From: a virus | Lineage: Duplodnaviria; Heunggongvirae; Uroviricota; Caudoviricetes | Strand: one strand, 5' to 3' | Virus record (IMG/VR): IMGVR_UViG_3300045996_000852 | Coordinates: 128,001-165,392 of that record | DNA: 37,392 nucleotides | Part shown: positions 29,175-36,040 of the stretch, piece by piece | Layout: each line of letters begins with the position of its first letter | How positions within the stretch are numbered: position 1 is the stretch's first letter | Notes under the pieces: model-generated | What the model was told of the DNA's origin: nothing | Databases searched by the model: none | Seen by the model: the letters and a program-made list of their open reading frames with translations, nothing else | Translations under genes and position numbers: made by a program

Positions 29175-30365
29175 ATGAAAAAAGTAAAAAATTGTGAAGT
29201 TAGAAACTGCATACCTACTCCGAGTGGGTGTGTGGATTGGGACGGTCCAGATATTGAGTATCTTGGTATATGTACTGGTGACCCAATTAACAAACTTCTA
29301 CAGGAGATCGTAGATAAACTTAAGGATGTTGCAGGTGAAGATTTAAGTGCGTTTGATATAGATGGTTTACTTGATATATGTAATGTAAAAGCTCCGCAAG
29401 AGATTACATTACTTACTATTTTGAATACAATTAAGCAGAATCAAGTATGTCTTAAAGATTTTGTAAATGGTGTAAGTGAACAGCTTGCAGATTTATTAAA
29501 TGAATCAAAAGTAAATGTGGACCTTGGATGTTATCAACAATTTGATAACCTTCAAAACCCTTTATCTATAACAAGGGATGAACTTGATAAGCTTGTTATT
29601 ACAAAGCTCTGTGTTCATGAAAGTTCTATCGAAGACTTAAATGGCAAGGTTACAAATCTTCAAGAACAAATTGACAATTTGGACCTTAATCAAACTGTAG
29701 AGGAATTAAATTTTGATACATGTATTGATACAGGGATAAAACCTACTTCTTCTCAGGTTAAATCAGTAGCAACTGCTCTTTGTGATTTAAGAACTGCAAC
29801 AGGACTTCCTGCTGCTATTCAAGTATCTCTAGGATTAGTTCCTTCTGATTGGCAAACGAGCTTCAGTACTCTTACAGGATGGAATAATGCACCTACAAGT
29901 ATGGCTGACCATTTTGGTAATGCCCTTCTTGTTATAAACAATTTGGTAACAAGAGTTAAGTTTATGGAAGAGAATTGTTGTGCTGTTACTTGTGATGATG
30001 TTAAGCTTGGATTTACTGCATTAATGAATGACACTAATGATGGTATTATCATCAAGTTTACTTCAGGTGCAGGTACAAGTATCCCTAGTGGATTTACTGA
30101 CCAAGGTTCTACAGGTACTATTACAGATGTTAACGGTAACGTTGAATCATTCAACATTGTTATTTCTAATAATGCAGAGGTTGAAATACCTGTATCTGGT
30201 ATGGATTTAAGTGGTGACCTGAAAATAAACATTACAGCTAAGATTGGTAATGGTTCATTGACTTGTCAGAAGTGTCTGAATAAAGTTGTTAAATCCGCTA
30301 TATGTAAATATTGTGAAATTACAGCTTCAGATGATGTAACAATTATGTATAAAATCTGTTCATAA
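29175..30365 (+). CDS. Cys-rich tail fibre-like protein
   Basis: CVDWDGPDIEYLGICTGD N-terminal motif, coiled-coil segments. Confidence 0.7.
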   Translation: MKKVKNCEVRNCIPTPSGCVDWDGPDIEYLGICTGDPINKLLQEIVDKLKDVAGEDLSAFDIDGLLDICNVKAPQEITLLTILNTIKQNQVCLKDFVNGVSEQLADLLNESKVNVDLGCYQQFDNLQNPLSITRDELDKLVITKLCVHESSIEDLNGKVTNLQEQIDNLDLNQTVEELNFDTCIDTGIKPTSSQVKSVATALCDLRTATGLPAAIQVSLGLVPSDWQTSFSTLTGWNNAPTSMADHFGNALLVINNLVTRVKFMEENCCAVTCDDVKLGFTALMNDTNDGIIIKFTSGAGTSIPSGFTDQGSTGTITDVNGNVESFNIVISNNAEVEIPVSGMDLSGDLKINITAKIGNGSLTCQKCLNKVVKSAICKYCEITASDDVTIMYKICS

Positions 30366-30375
30366 AAAGTAAAAT

Positions 30376-30942
30376 ATGCCTTGTATATATAAGTCTATAT
30401 CAATGAAGAATGGTGAAAAGTTTGTACTTCCAAACGATGCTGTTCTAATCGGAGCATCCGATATAAATGCTTTCGAATCAACTTGTGATGTTCCTGAACT
30501 TGAGGATGTGCAATGTTATGTTTCTATTGTTTCAGTTGCAGCAGAAGATGGTAACCAATCTCAATTCTATGAGCAAGGTAAAATATCAATGATAGGCTAC
30601 AGATTCAATAATGTGTACACTGCTTTTTCTCAATCTTACAGTACATATGACCCGGGTTTCTTTAACAACATGAGTGCTTTAATAAATGAGATTAAAAACA
30701 TTCCGGGTGTAATTGATGTTGTTCATGGTTTTCAATCAGATTACTATAGAGGAACTAAGCATTATATTGTAATAAAGACAATTGCTTCTATTGCTGACAA
30801 TTTAGAATTGGTTGCAAATACTGCTCCTGCTGGAACTGGATTCAATTCCAATACAGAAGTGAGGTGGGGCTTTAGAGAAAGAGATGTGGTTGAAGGAGAA
30901 GGTCATGAAAGTATTCCGGCTTGTCCTACAACTAGTTCATAA
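30376..30942 (+). CDS. Putative structural protein
   Basis: 188 aa in fibre operon. Confidence 0.7.
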   Translation: MPCIYKSISMKNGEKFVLPNDAVLIGASDINAFESTCDVPELEDVQCYVSIVSVAAEDGNQSQFYEQGKISMIGYRFNNVYTAFSQSYSTYDPGFFNNMSALINEIKNIPGVIDVVHGFQSDYYRGTKHYIVIKTIASIADNLELVANTAPAGTGFNSNTEVRWGFRERDVVEGEGHESIPACPTTSS

Positions 30943-30961
30943 TTAAAAATAAAAACAAAAC

Positions 30962-31570
30962 ATGGCAGCTTGTTTAATAACAGTTGGTGGTACTTCAGGA
31001 AAAGTTCGTATTAAGTACGTAATCTCTGGTAATAACAAAGAGGTTGAAAGTACTTTTGGGAACAATGTTTATATTGAAGATACAGCAACTAACGTAACAT
31101 ATACAACTTTATCTGGTAATGCAACAGCCTCTTCTGGTTGTTTGACAGTTACCGAATTACCTTTGAAATATTACATTTTCAATTGGCAATATCTTACAAG
31201 TATTCCTCCTTCAGGTCAACTGTTTGATGCAGTACTTCTTGATGATGAAATTATCCCTATTTCAACCTGTCCTTTCCCTATAGATAGAGAAAGACTTGCT
31301 GAAAACGTAAATGCTGTTGAAGACCCTAGAATAAAGATTACAGCTTTTAAAACAACTGTAGAAAGTACTAAGGTTGATTATAAGAACATTATGCAAGTAT
31401 TAGGAAGTGAGATTCCAATGATAAGAATAAAGAGTGCTGATGGTACTACTTATTTATACCTTCTTGGAGTTGAAACTGTTGATTCTTTACCTGAGGGTTA
31501 TATTGAATTAAATACTTGTGAGGCTACACCGACAACTTCTACAACTACAACAACTACTGTTTCTGTTTAA
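30962..31570 (+). CDS. Putative structural protein with poly-Thr C terminus
   Basis: Ends EATPTTSTTTTTTVSV. Confidence 0.75.
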   Translation: MAACLITVGGTSGKVRIKYVISGNNKEVESTFGNNVYIEDTATNVTYTTLSGNATASSGCLTVTELPLKYYIFNWQYLTSIPPSGQLFDAVLLDDEIIPISTCPFPIDRERLAENVNAVEDPRIKITAFKTTVESTKVDYKNIMQVLGSEIPMIRIKSADGTTYLYLLGVETVDSLPEGYIELNTCEATPTTSTTTTTTVSV

Positions 31571-31593
31571 TAACTTTATAAAATAAATTAACT

Positions 31594-32700
31594 ATGTCTT
31601 GTGATAATGATTGCGGTTCAGCTACAGTTGTTAATAATCCTTGTGATTATGATAATTGCGGTTGCCTGAACCCGACTACTTTTAAATGCACAACATACAG
31701 TGGTCCTGACCTTGTATATGTTGCCAAGAACGGAGATGACGGAGATGTTATCTTAGGTAAGATAGATGCCCTGTTTGAAGACTTAATTTCAAACAAAGGT
31801 AAGGTATTGGTTGATGGTGATGATTCTTGTACTAAACTTCTTGAAGATGCTCTTGATGCTGGTACTAATATCAGCTTACAAGTTGTAGGAACAGGTTGTA
31901 ACAGAAAGTTAAGAATTGACTCTACAACTGGTGGTGTTGCTGTTGACGTAAATGCTAAGGTATCTGCAAATGATAATACTTCTGGTTATTTACATGCAAA
32001 GACTCAGGATGGTGATTTCATTCAGAGGTCTATTATCAACCCGGGTGGTAACGAAAAATTACAATTTGATGTTGTCATAAGCTCTCTTGTATCTGCTGAT
32101 TCAGGTAATCTACTTGCTGTAGGTACTGACGGTAAATTAAAGACTGCATTTACTGAAGCTGATGGTTCTGAAACAAAGGTTTTAGAAGGTACAGGTATTG
32201 TTATAACTGGTGCAGGTACTACTACTGACCCTTATGTGTTCTCTACAAATGCATCAATATATGCAAAGAGACCTTGTTTTGATGGGGTTTGGAGAGATGT
32301 TACCGTTGCTAATATTACAAATCCAAACGTGACTGTTACTTCTGGTAAGGTTCAATACAGATACAGACATGATGGTACTATAGAATTTAGAGGAAATGTT
32401 ACTTACGGCGTTGCATTTGGTAACTATGCTTCAAGTAATAGAATGTACACAATTACTATAGGAAGTATTCCTACAACTTGTGTAACATCCAATGAGCAAA
32501 CTGGAACATTTAACCTGAAGAGTATGCATCATATTGATATACCTCAGGCTTCTTCTGACCAAATTACTCAACAATACGGATATGTTATCCGTAAGTCAGG
32601 TGCTAATCTGATAGTAGAATTCCAGTCATCATTTACTAACAACACTTCAAAATCTGTTGTGGTGAGCTTTGATGGTGCTGTGGTTCATCCAAATGTTTAA
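31594..32700 (+). CDS. Tail fibre/receptor-binding-like protein
   Basis: Cys-rich N terminus (CTTYSGPDL), VSADSGNLLAVGTDGKL and GAGTTTDPY fibre motifs, beta-rich C-terminal domain. Confidence 0.75.
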   Translation: MSCDNDCGSATVVNNPCDYDNCGCLNPTTFKCTTYSGPDLVYVAKNGDDGDVILGKIDALFEDLISNKGKVLVDGDDSCTKLLEDALDAGTNISLQVVGTGCNRKLRIDSTTGGVAVDVNAKVSANDNTSGYLHAKTQDGDFIQRSIINPGGNEKLQFDVVISSLVSADSGNLLAVGTDGKLKTAFTEADGSETKVLEGTGIVITGAGTTTDPYVFSTNASIYAKRPCFDGVWRDVTVANITNPNVTVTSGKVQYRYRHDGTIEFRGNVTYGVAFGNYASSNRMYTITIGSIPTTCVTSNEQTGTFNLKSMHHIDIPQASSDQITQQYGYVIRKSGANLIVEFQSSFTNNTSKSVVVSFDGAVVHPNV

Positions 32701-32731
32701 AAACCCTTGGTTGTTGGTTTCCGAGAAGGTT

Positions 32732-32763
32732 AACCGGGGATGTCTATCCTCGGTTTTATTTTT
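32732..32763 (+). terminator. Intrinsic terminator
   Basis: aaccggggat-gtct-atcctcggtt followed by ttattttt. Confidence 0.75.
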
Positions 32764-32782
32764 AAAATTATAAAATAACTGT

Positions 32783-33256
32783 ATGTTAAAATACCTCCTG
32801 AACAAAGAAACTACAGTAATAGGGAAAATAAAGAATGTATTTGCAGGATTCACTTTCTGTTTACTATGGGTAACGTTTGTGAAGCTCCTTATTAATACTT
32901 TATATGGAGTCCCTATACTTCAAATAGACCCTGCTTTTCCACCCGGGATACCTTATATATTCTTTTGGGGAGTAATAGCAGCACCCTTATGGGAAGAAGC
33001 AGCATATAGATATTTCCCAATGAAGGTTGTACAAAAATTTGGTATGGAACTTCTAATGCCAGTAATGATATTAAGTTCTATTATTTTTGGATGGGGACAT
33101 GGACTTGGATTCATCTCTATACTAATTCAAGGGGTCTGTGGATTCATAATGAATTGTGTTTATGTAAAAAATGGAATGTCCTACTGGTCCTCTGTATCCT
33201 TACATGCTATGTGGAATTTTCAAGTAGAATTTGGATTACCTTATTTTTTAAATTAG
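32783..33256 (+). CDS. CPBP (CAAX/Abi) family intramembrane glutamic endopeptidase
   Basis: Motifs WEEAAYR (EExxxR), FGWGH (FxxxH), LHAMWN (HxxxN) in a multi-TM protein. Confidence 0.9.
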   Translation: MLKYLLNKETTVIGKIKNVFAGFTFCLLWVTFVKLLINTLYGVPILQIDPAFPPGIPYIFFWGVIAAPLWEEAAYRYFPMKVVQKFGMELLMPVMILSSIIFGWGHGLGFISILIQGVCGFIMNCVYVKNGMSYWSSVSLHAMWNFQVEFGLPYFLN

Positions 33257-33262
33257 TAAAAT

Positions 33263-33385
33263 ATGACACCTGAACAAATGGAAAAAGAGATCAAGAAGCT
33301 TTCAAAGAAGGTTTGCTGTCTCACTAAAATTATTAATGATAACAATTTGACTACCTCCACAACTACCACTACAACATCGGCTTAA
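33263..33385 (+). CDS. 40-aa peptide with CC and poly-Thr tail (not in ORF track)
   Basis: MTPEQMEKEIKKLSKKVCCLTKIINDNNLTTSTTTTTTSA, 6 nt after the CPBP stop. Confidence 0.7.
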   Translation: MTPEQMEKEIKKLSKKVCCLTKIINDNNLTTSTTTTTTSA

Positions 33386-33413
33386 AAATAATTTTTAAAA
33401 AGTTGCTCAAATA

Positions 33414-33445
33414 TTTGGTGGTTTGGAATAAAAGTTGTATTATTG
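33414..33445 (+). promoter_or_regulatory. Promoter of tRNA array 1
   Basis: TTTG-N20-TATTATTG, Bacteroidota -33/-7 geometry; near-identical copy at 34558-34589. Confidence 0.7.
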
Positions 33446-33452
33446 TATTGTC

Positions 33453-33545
33453 ATGAAAAAGAATCGTCAACATACGTGGTTTACCTTTACTCAGTGTCCG
33501 TTTGGATATTGTGAGGGTTGCCCTGTATGTACGATTATGAGATAA
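33453..33545 (+). CDS. Attenuator leader peptide 1 (30 aa)
   Basis: MKKNRQHTWFTFTQCPFGYCEGCPVCTIMR; codons 5-17 use only amino acids of the downstream tRNAs; contains antiterminator strand 33510-33519. Confidence 0.85.
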   Translation: MKKNRQHTWFTFTQCPFGYCEGCPVCTIMR

Positions 33546-33570
33546 ATATTTTCAAAGTTGTATACCTCAA

Positions 33571-33603
33571 GGAATCCTCACAGAAATGTGGGGATTTTTT
33601 GTT
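33571..33603 (+). terminator. Attenuator terminator 1
   Basis: aatcctcaca-gaaa-tgtggggatt-ttttgtt, ending 4 nt before tRNA-Pro. Confidence 0.9.
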
Positions 33604-33607
33604 ATAA

Positions 33608-33681
33608 CTAGTTGTAGTTCAGCCCGGTAGAACACTTGCTTTGGGAGCAAGGGGTCGTAGGTTCGAATCCTGCCAGCTAGA
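33608..33681 (+). tRNA. tRNA-Pro (TGG)
   Basis: Cloverleaf; CTTGC TT TGG GA GCAAG. Confidence 0.95.
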
Positions 33682-33743
33682 CAAAAGTCAATGTATATGT
33701 TTACAAGTTAACTTAAAAGTAAACTTATAAGTTGACGAAATAA

Positions 33744-33814
33744 GTCTCCGTGTCCGAGTGGTTAGGAAGAGGTCTGCAAAACCTTGCACACCAGTTCGAA
33801 TCTGGTCGGGGATT
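33744..33814 (+). tRNA. tRNA-Cys (GCA)
   Basis: GAGGT CT GCA AA ACCTT; U73. Confidence 0.95.
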
Positions 33815-33883
33815 CAAAAGATTGTTCCTTTAAAAAGGAAGACGAGTGAAAGTGGATAGCGGTCTCCACCAATCTTTTTATAA

Positions 33884-33956
33884 GCCGTGGTAGCTCAACT
33901 GGTAGAGCACCTGCCTTGTAAGCAGGGGGTTGGAAGTTCGATTCTTCTCCACGGCT
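33884..33956 (+). tRNA. tRNA-Thr (TGT)
   Basis: CCTGC CT TGT AA GCAGG. Confidence 0.95.
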
Positions 33957-34055
33957 CTTGGACTATTGTAAAAGATGGTCCCGGAAGGTTGCCGAATGAA
34001 ATAACCTCTCCTTATGGGAGTATCCGAAGTGCGGATAGTGAAAAGTCGGAGCTAA

Positions 34056-34128
34056 GGTGCAGTAGCATAGCTGGTCTGTGCAGGGGACTGAAAATCCCAA
34101 GGTGTGAGTTCGACCCTCACCTGTACCA
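34056..34128 (+). tRNA. tRNA-Phe (GAA)
   Basis: GGGA CT GAA AA TCCC. Confidence 0.92.
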
Positions 34129-34136
34129 CTTAATAT

Positions 34137-34207
34137 ACGTGTGTGGTGAAATGGTATCATGACGGTCTCCAAAACCGTTGTTGGGAGTTCGAATCTCTCC
34201 ATACGTG
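34137..34207 (+). tRNA. tRNA-Trp (CCA)
   Basis: ACGGT CT CCA AA ACCGT; G73. Confidence 0.95.
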
Positions 34208-34267
34208 CTGAATGTTGCATATTTTACACATTTCCTGTATTTTTGTGTATTATATGAAACATTATAT

Positions 34268-34338
34268 TTCTCTCTGGTGTAATGGTAACATATCAGATTT
34301 TGGCTCTGATGTTCAAGGTTCGACCCCTTGGGGAGAAA
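34268..34338 (+). tRNA. tRNA-Gln (TTG)
   Basis: TCAGA TT TTG GC TCTGA; U1-A72. Confidence 0.95.
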
Positions 34339-34340
34339 CT

Positions 34341-34411
34341 GTGGCTGTAGCTTAATGGTAAAGTGGTAGTTTGTGGCACTACTGATGGGAGTTCGATTCT
34401 CCTCAGTCACC
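34341..34411 (+). tRNA. tRNA-His (GTG), T rather than G at -1
   Basis: GTAGT TT GTG GC ACTAC; C73. Confidence 0.93.
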
Positions 34412-34453
34412 CAACATGTACTAATTTATTACAAATTAGTAGATATTAGTAAG

Positions 34454-34526
34454 GCACTTTTAGTTTAACTGGATAGAATATGGGGCTACGGACCCCAAGG
34501 TACTTGTTCGAATCAGGTAAGGTGCT
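34454..34526 (+). tRNA. tRNA-Arg (ACG)
   Basis: TGGGG CT ACG GA CCCCA. Confidence 0.93.
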
Positions 34527-34557
34527 CAAAAATATTTTTAAAAAATATGAAGAAAAA

Positions 34558-34589
34558 TTTGGTAGTTTGGCATATTCTTCGTATTATTG
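34558..34589 (+). promoter_or_regulatory. Promoter of tRNA array 2
   Basis: TTTG-N20-TATTATTG, same as 33414-33445. Confidence 0.7.
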
Positions 34590-34619
34590 TATTGTAATTA
34601 AAAACAGACAAAGCAACAA

Positions 34620-34715
34620 ATGTTACATTCTTATATGATAGTGGATAATGGGATTAACCTAAGAGGTGCGGAGAAATCTGCCTCAGGGTTCCTATTGTCT
34701 GATATTATCGTATAA
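34620..34715 (+). CDS. Attenuator leader peptide 2 (31 aa)
   Basis: MLHSYMIVDNGINLRGAEKSASGFLLSDIIV; contains gcctcagggttc (34680-34691), perfectly complementary to the terminator 5' arm. Confidence 0.85.
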   Translation: MLHSYMIVDNGINLRGAEKSASGFLLSDIIV

Positions 34716-34738
34716 GATAAATATAGATCAGATTAAAA

Positions 34739-34776
34739 GAACCCTGAGGCTCCTAAGCTTCGGGGTTTTTTGTTTT
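34739..34776 (+). terminator. Attenuator terminator 2
   Basis: aaccctgaggct-ccta-agcttcggggtt-ttttgtttt, ending 2 nt before tRNA-Lys. Confidence 0.9.
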
Positions 34777-34778
34777 AT

Positions 34779-34851
34779 ACCCTCGGAGCTTATGTGGACA
34801 AGCTGCTCACTTTTAATGAGAGGATAGTAGGTTCGAATCCTATCGGGGGTA
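34779..34851 (+). tRNA. tRNA-Lys (TTT)
   Basis: CTCA CT TTT AA TGAG; G at position 8. Confidence 0.9.
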
Positions 34852-34889
34852 CATATGAAACAATTCGTGATTTGCGGATTGCGGATTAT

Positions 34890-34962
34890 GCTCCTATAGC
34901 TTAATCGGTAGAGTACCTGACTCTTAATCAGGGGGTTCTGAGTTCGAGTCTCAGTGGGAGCA
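34890..34962 (+). tRNA. tRNA-Lys (CTT)
   Basis: CCTGA CT CTT AA TCAGG. Confidence 0.95.
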
Positions 34963-35003
34963 CTTTAACATTTACTTAGTTCTTATAGTTCTTATATTTA
35001 GAT

Positions 35004-35177
35004 ATGAGAATCTATATAGGAATCAGAAAACCAAGTAAAGATAGAAAAGGAAACATTGGAACTACTTGGGAAGAACAAGTTAATGGTAGTTACATATGTA
35101 AAGAAACAAGAAAAGTGCTTAAACAATGGCAAATTGAAAATGATTTTAGATTAGGTTATTTAGAAATAGTTCCTTAA
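35004..35177 (+). CDS. Hypothetical protein (57 aa, not in ORF track) overlapping tRNA-Val
   Basis: MRIYIGIRKPSKDRKGNIGTTWEEQVNGSYICKETRKVLKQWQIENDFRLGYLEIVP. Confidence 0.55.
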   Translation: MRIYIGIRKPSKDRKGNIGTTWEEQVNGSYICKETRKVLKQWQIENDFRLGYLEIVP

Positions 35178-35240
35178 CTCAGTTGGTAGAGTGTCATCTT
35201 TACATGGTGAAAGTCGTCAGTTCGAGCCTGACAGGAACTA
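35168..35240 (+). tRNA. tRNA-Val (TAC)
   Basis: TCATC TT TAC AT GGTGA. Confidence 0.95.
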
Positions 35241-35332
35241 CAAAAGGGTGCTGTGAATAATGAAGTTAATAAACAGGACTGCCTCGTTTCTGGAATGGTC
35301 GTTGGGTAGCTGATGACATCCTTACTTCACTT

Positions 35333-35404
35333 GGTCCCATAGTTAAATGGATATAACTTCTGCCTTCTAAGCAGATATTCGTGGTTCGATTCCACGTGGG
35401 ACTA
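35333..35404 (+). tRNA. tRNA-Arg (TCT)
   Basis: TCTGC CT TCT AA GCAGA. Confidence 0.95.
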
Positions 35405-35414
35405 CAAATAATAT

Positions 35415-35488
35415 TCCCCTGAAGCTTAAGTGGTATAAGCTACTGCCTGTTAAGCAGAAGATAGTTGGTTCGAGTCCAATTGGGGGAG
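35415..35488 (+). tRNA. tRNA-Asn (GTT)
   Basis: CTGC CT GTT AA GCAG; G73; A at position 8. Confidence 0.92.
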
Positions 35489-35505
35489 CATAAAAAAAAC
35501 CAAAC

Positions 35506-35787
35506 ATGGATAATATATTTTCCAAAGGTGATAAATATGTTCACTTTAAAGAAGACGGTACTATTGTAACAGGAGAAGTTAAATCAGTAGTATTAAGTCA
35601 GGTTTCGGATTTAACTGGATTTTGTTATGAGGTGATAAATCTTGAAACACAAGATAATAAAATATTATCAATAGGTCAGACAAAAGGAAGGATTCATAAA
35701 TTAAATCATACTATGACTCCCGAAGAGAAAGATAAATTTAATAGGGGTGAATTTGTAGATAATACTCCTTGTAGAAGAGAAAATTAA
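35506..35787 (+). CDS. Hypothetical protein inside tRNA array
   Basis: 93 aa, SH3/KOW-like start FSKGDKYVHF. Confidence 0.7.
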   Translation: MDNIFSKGDKYVHFKEDGTIVTGEVKSVVLSQVSDLTGFCYEVINLETQDNKILSIGQTKGRIHKLNHTMTPEEKDKFNRGEFVDNTPCRREN

Positions 35788-35790
35788 TAT

Positions 35791-35862
35791 TGCGAGGTAG
35801 AGCAGCGGTAGCTCGGAAGGCTCATAACCTTTAGGTCGGGGGTTCGATTCCCTCCCTCGCTA
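35791..35862 (+). tRNA. Initiator-type tRNA-Met (CAT)
   Basis: T1xT72 mismatch, A11-T24 pair, GAAGG CT CAT AA CCTTT. Confidence 0.88.
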
Positions 35863-35869
35863 CAAATAT

Positions 35870-35942
35870 TGTGAGGTGCTTGTAACGGTAACTGGTCAGG
35901 CTCATATCCTGAACGATGTCGGTTCGAATCCGACTCTCGCAA
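35870..35942 (+). tRNA. tRNA with CAT anticodon (Met or Ile2), weak D stem
   Basis: TCAGG CT CAT AT CCTGA; T arm GTCGG TTCGAAT CCGAC. Confidence 0.8.
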
Positions 35943-36040
35943 CATGAGATTTTTACTGCTTATGATATTCTTTATTTCCTGTAGAAATGGAGAGTATAAA
36001 CCAAATCACATAGATGGTGTCTATGTAAAAAATAAACACA

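Noticed and set aside
8594-30232. Many short antisense or out-of-frame ORFs inside large genes
   Set aside because: Shadows of biased codon usage in long coding sequences
33453-33545. Leader 1 as a simple Cys-rich metal-binding mini-protein (C..C..C) or a T-box riboswitch
   Set aside because: No T-box consensus; the Cys codons sit in pairing segments, and the codon-array match plus alternative folds explain it better, although a peptide function is not excluded
33887-34410. ORF-track entries 33887..34162, 33963..34220 and 34117..34410
   Set aside because: They run through clear tRNA genes; spurious
35310-35316. Canonical hammerhead ribozyme at CTGATGA
   Set aside because: No correctly placed GAAA and UH core strands; kept only as an unknown structured RNA
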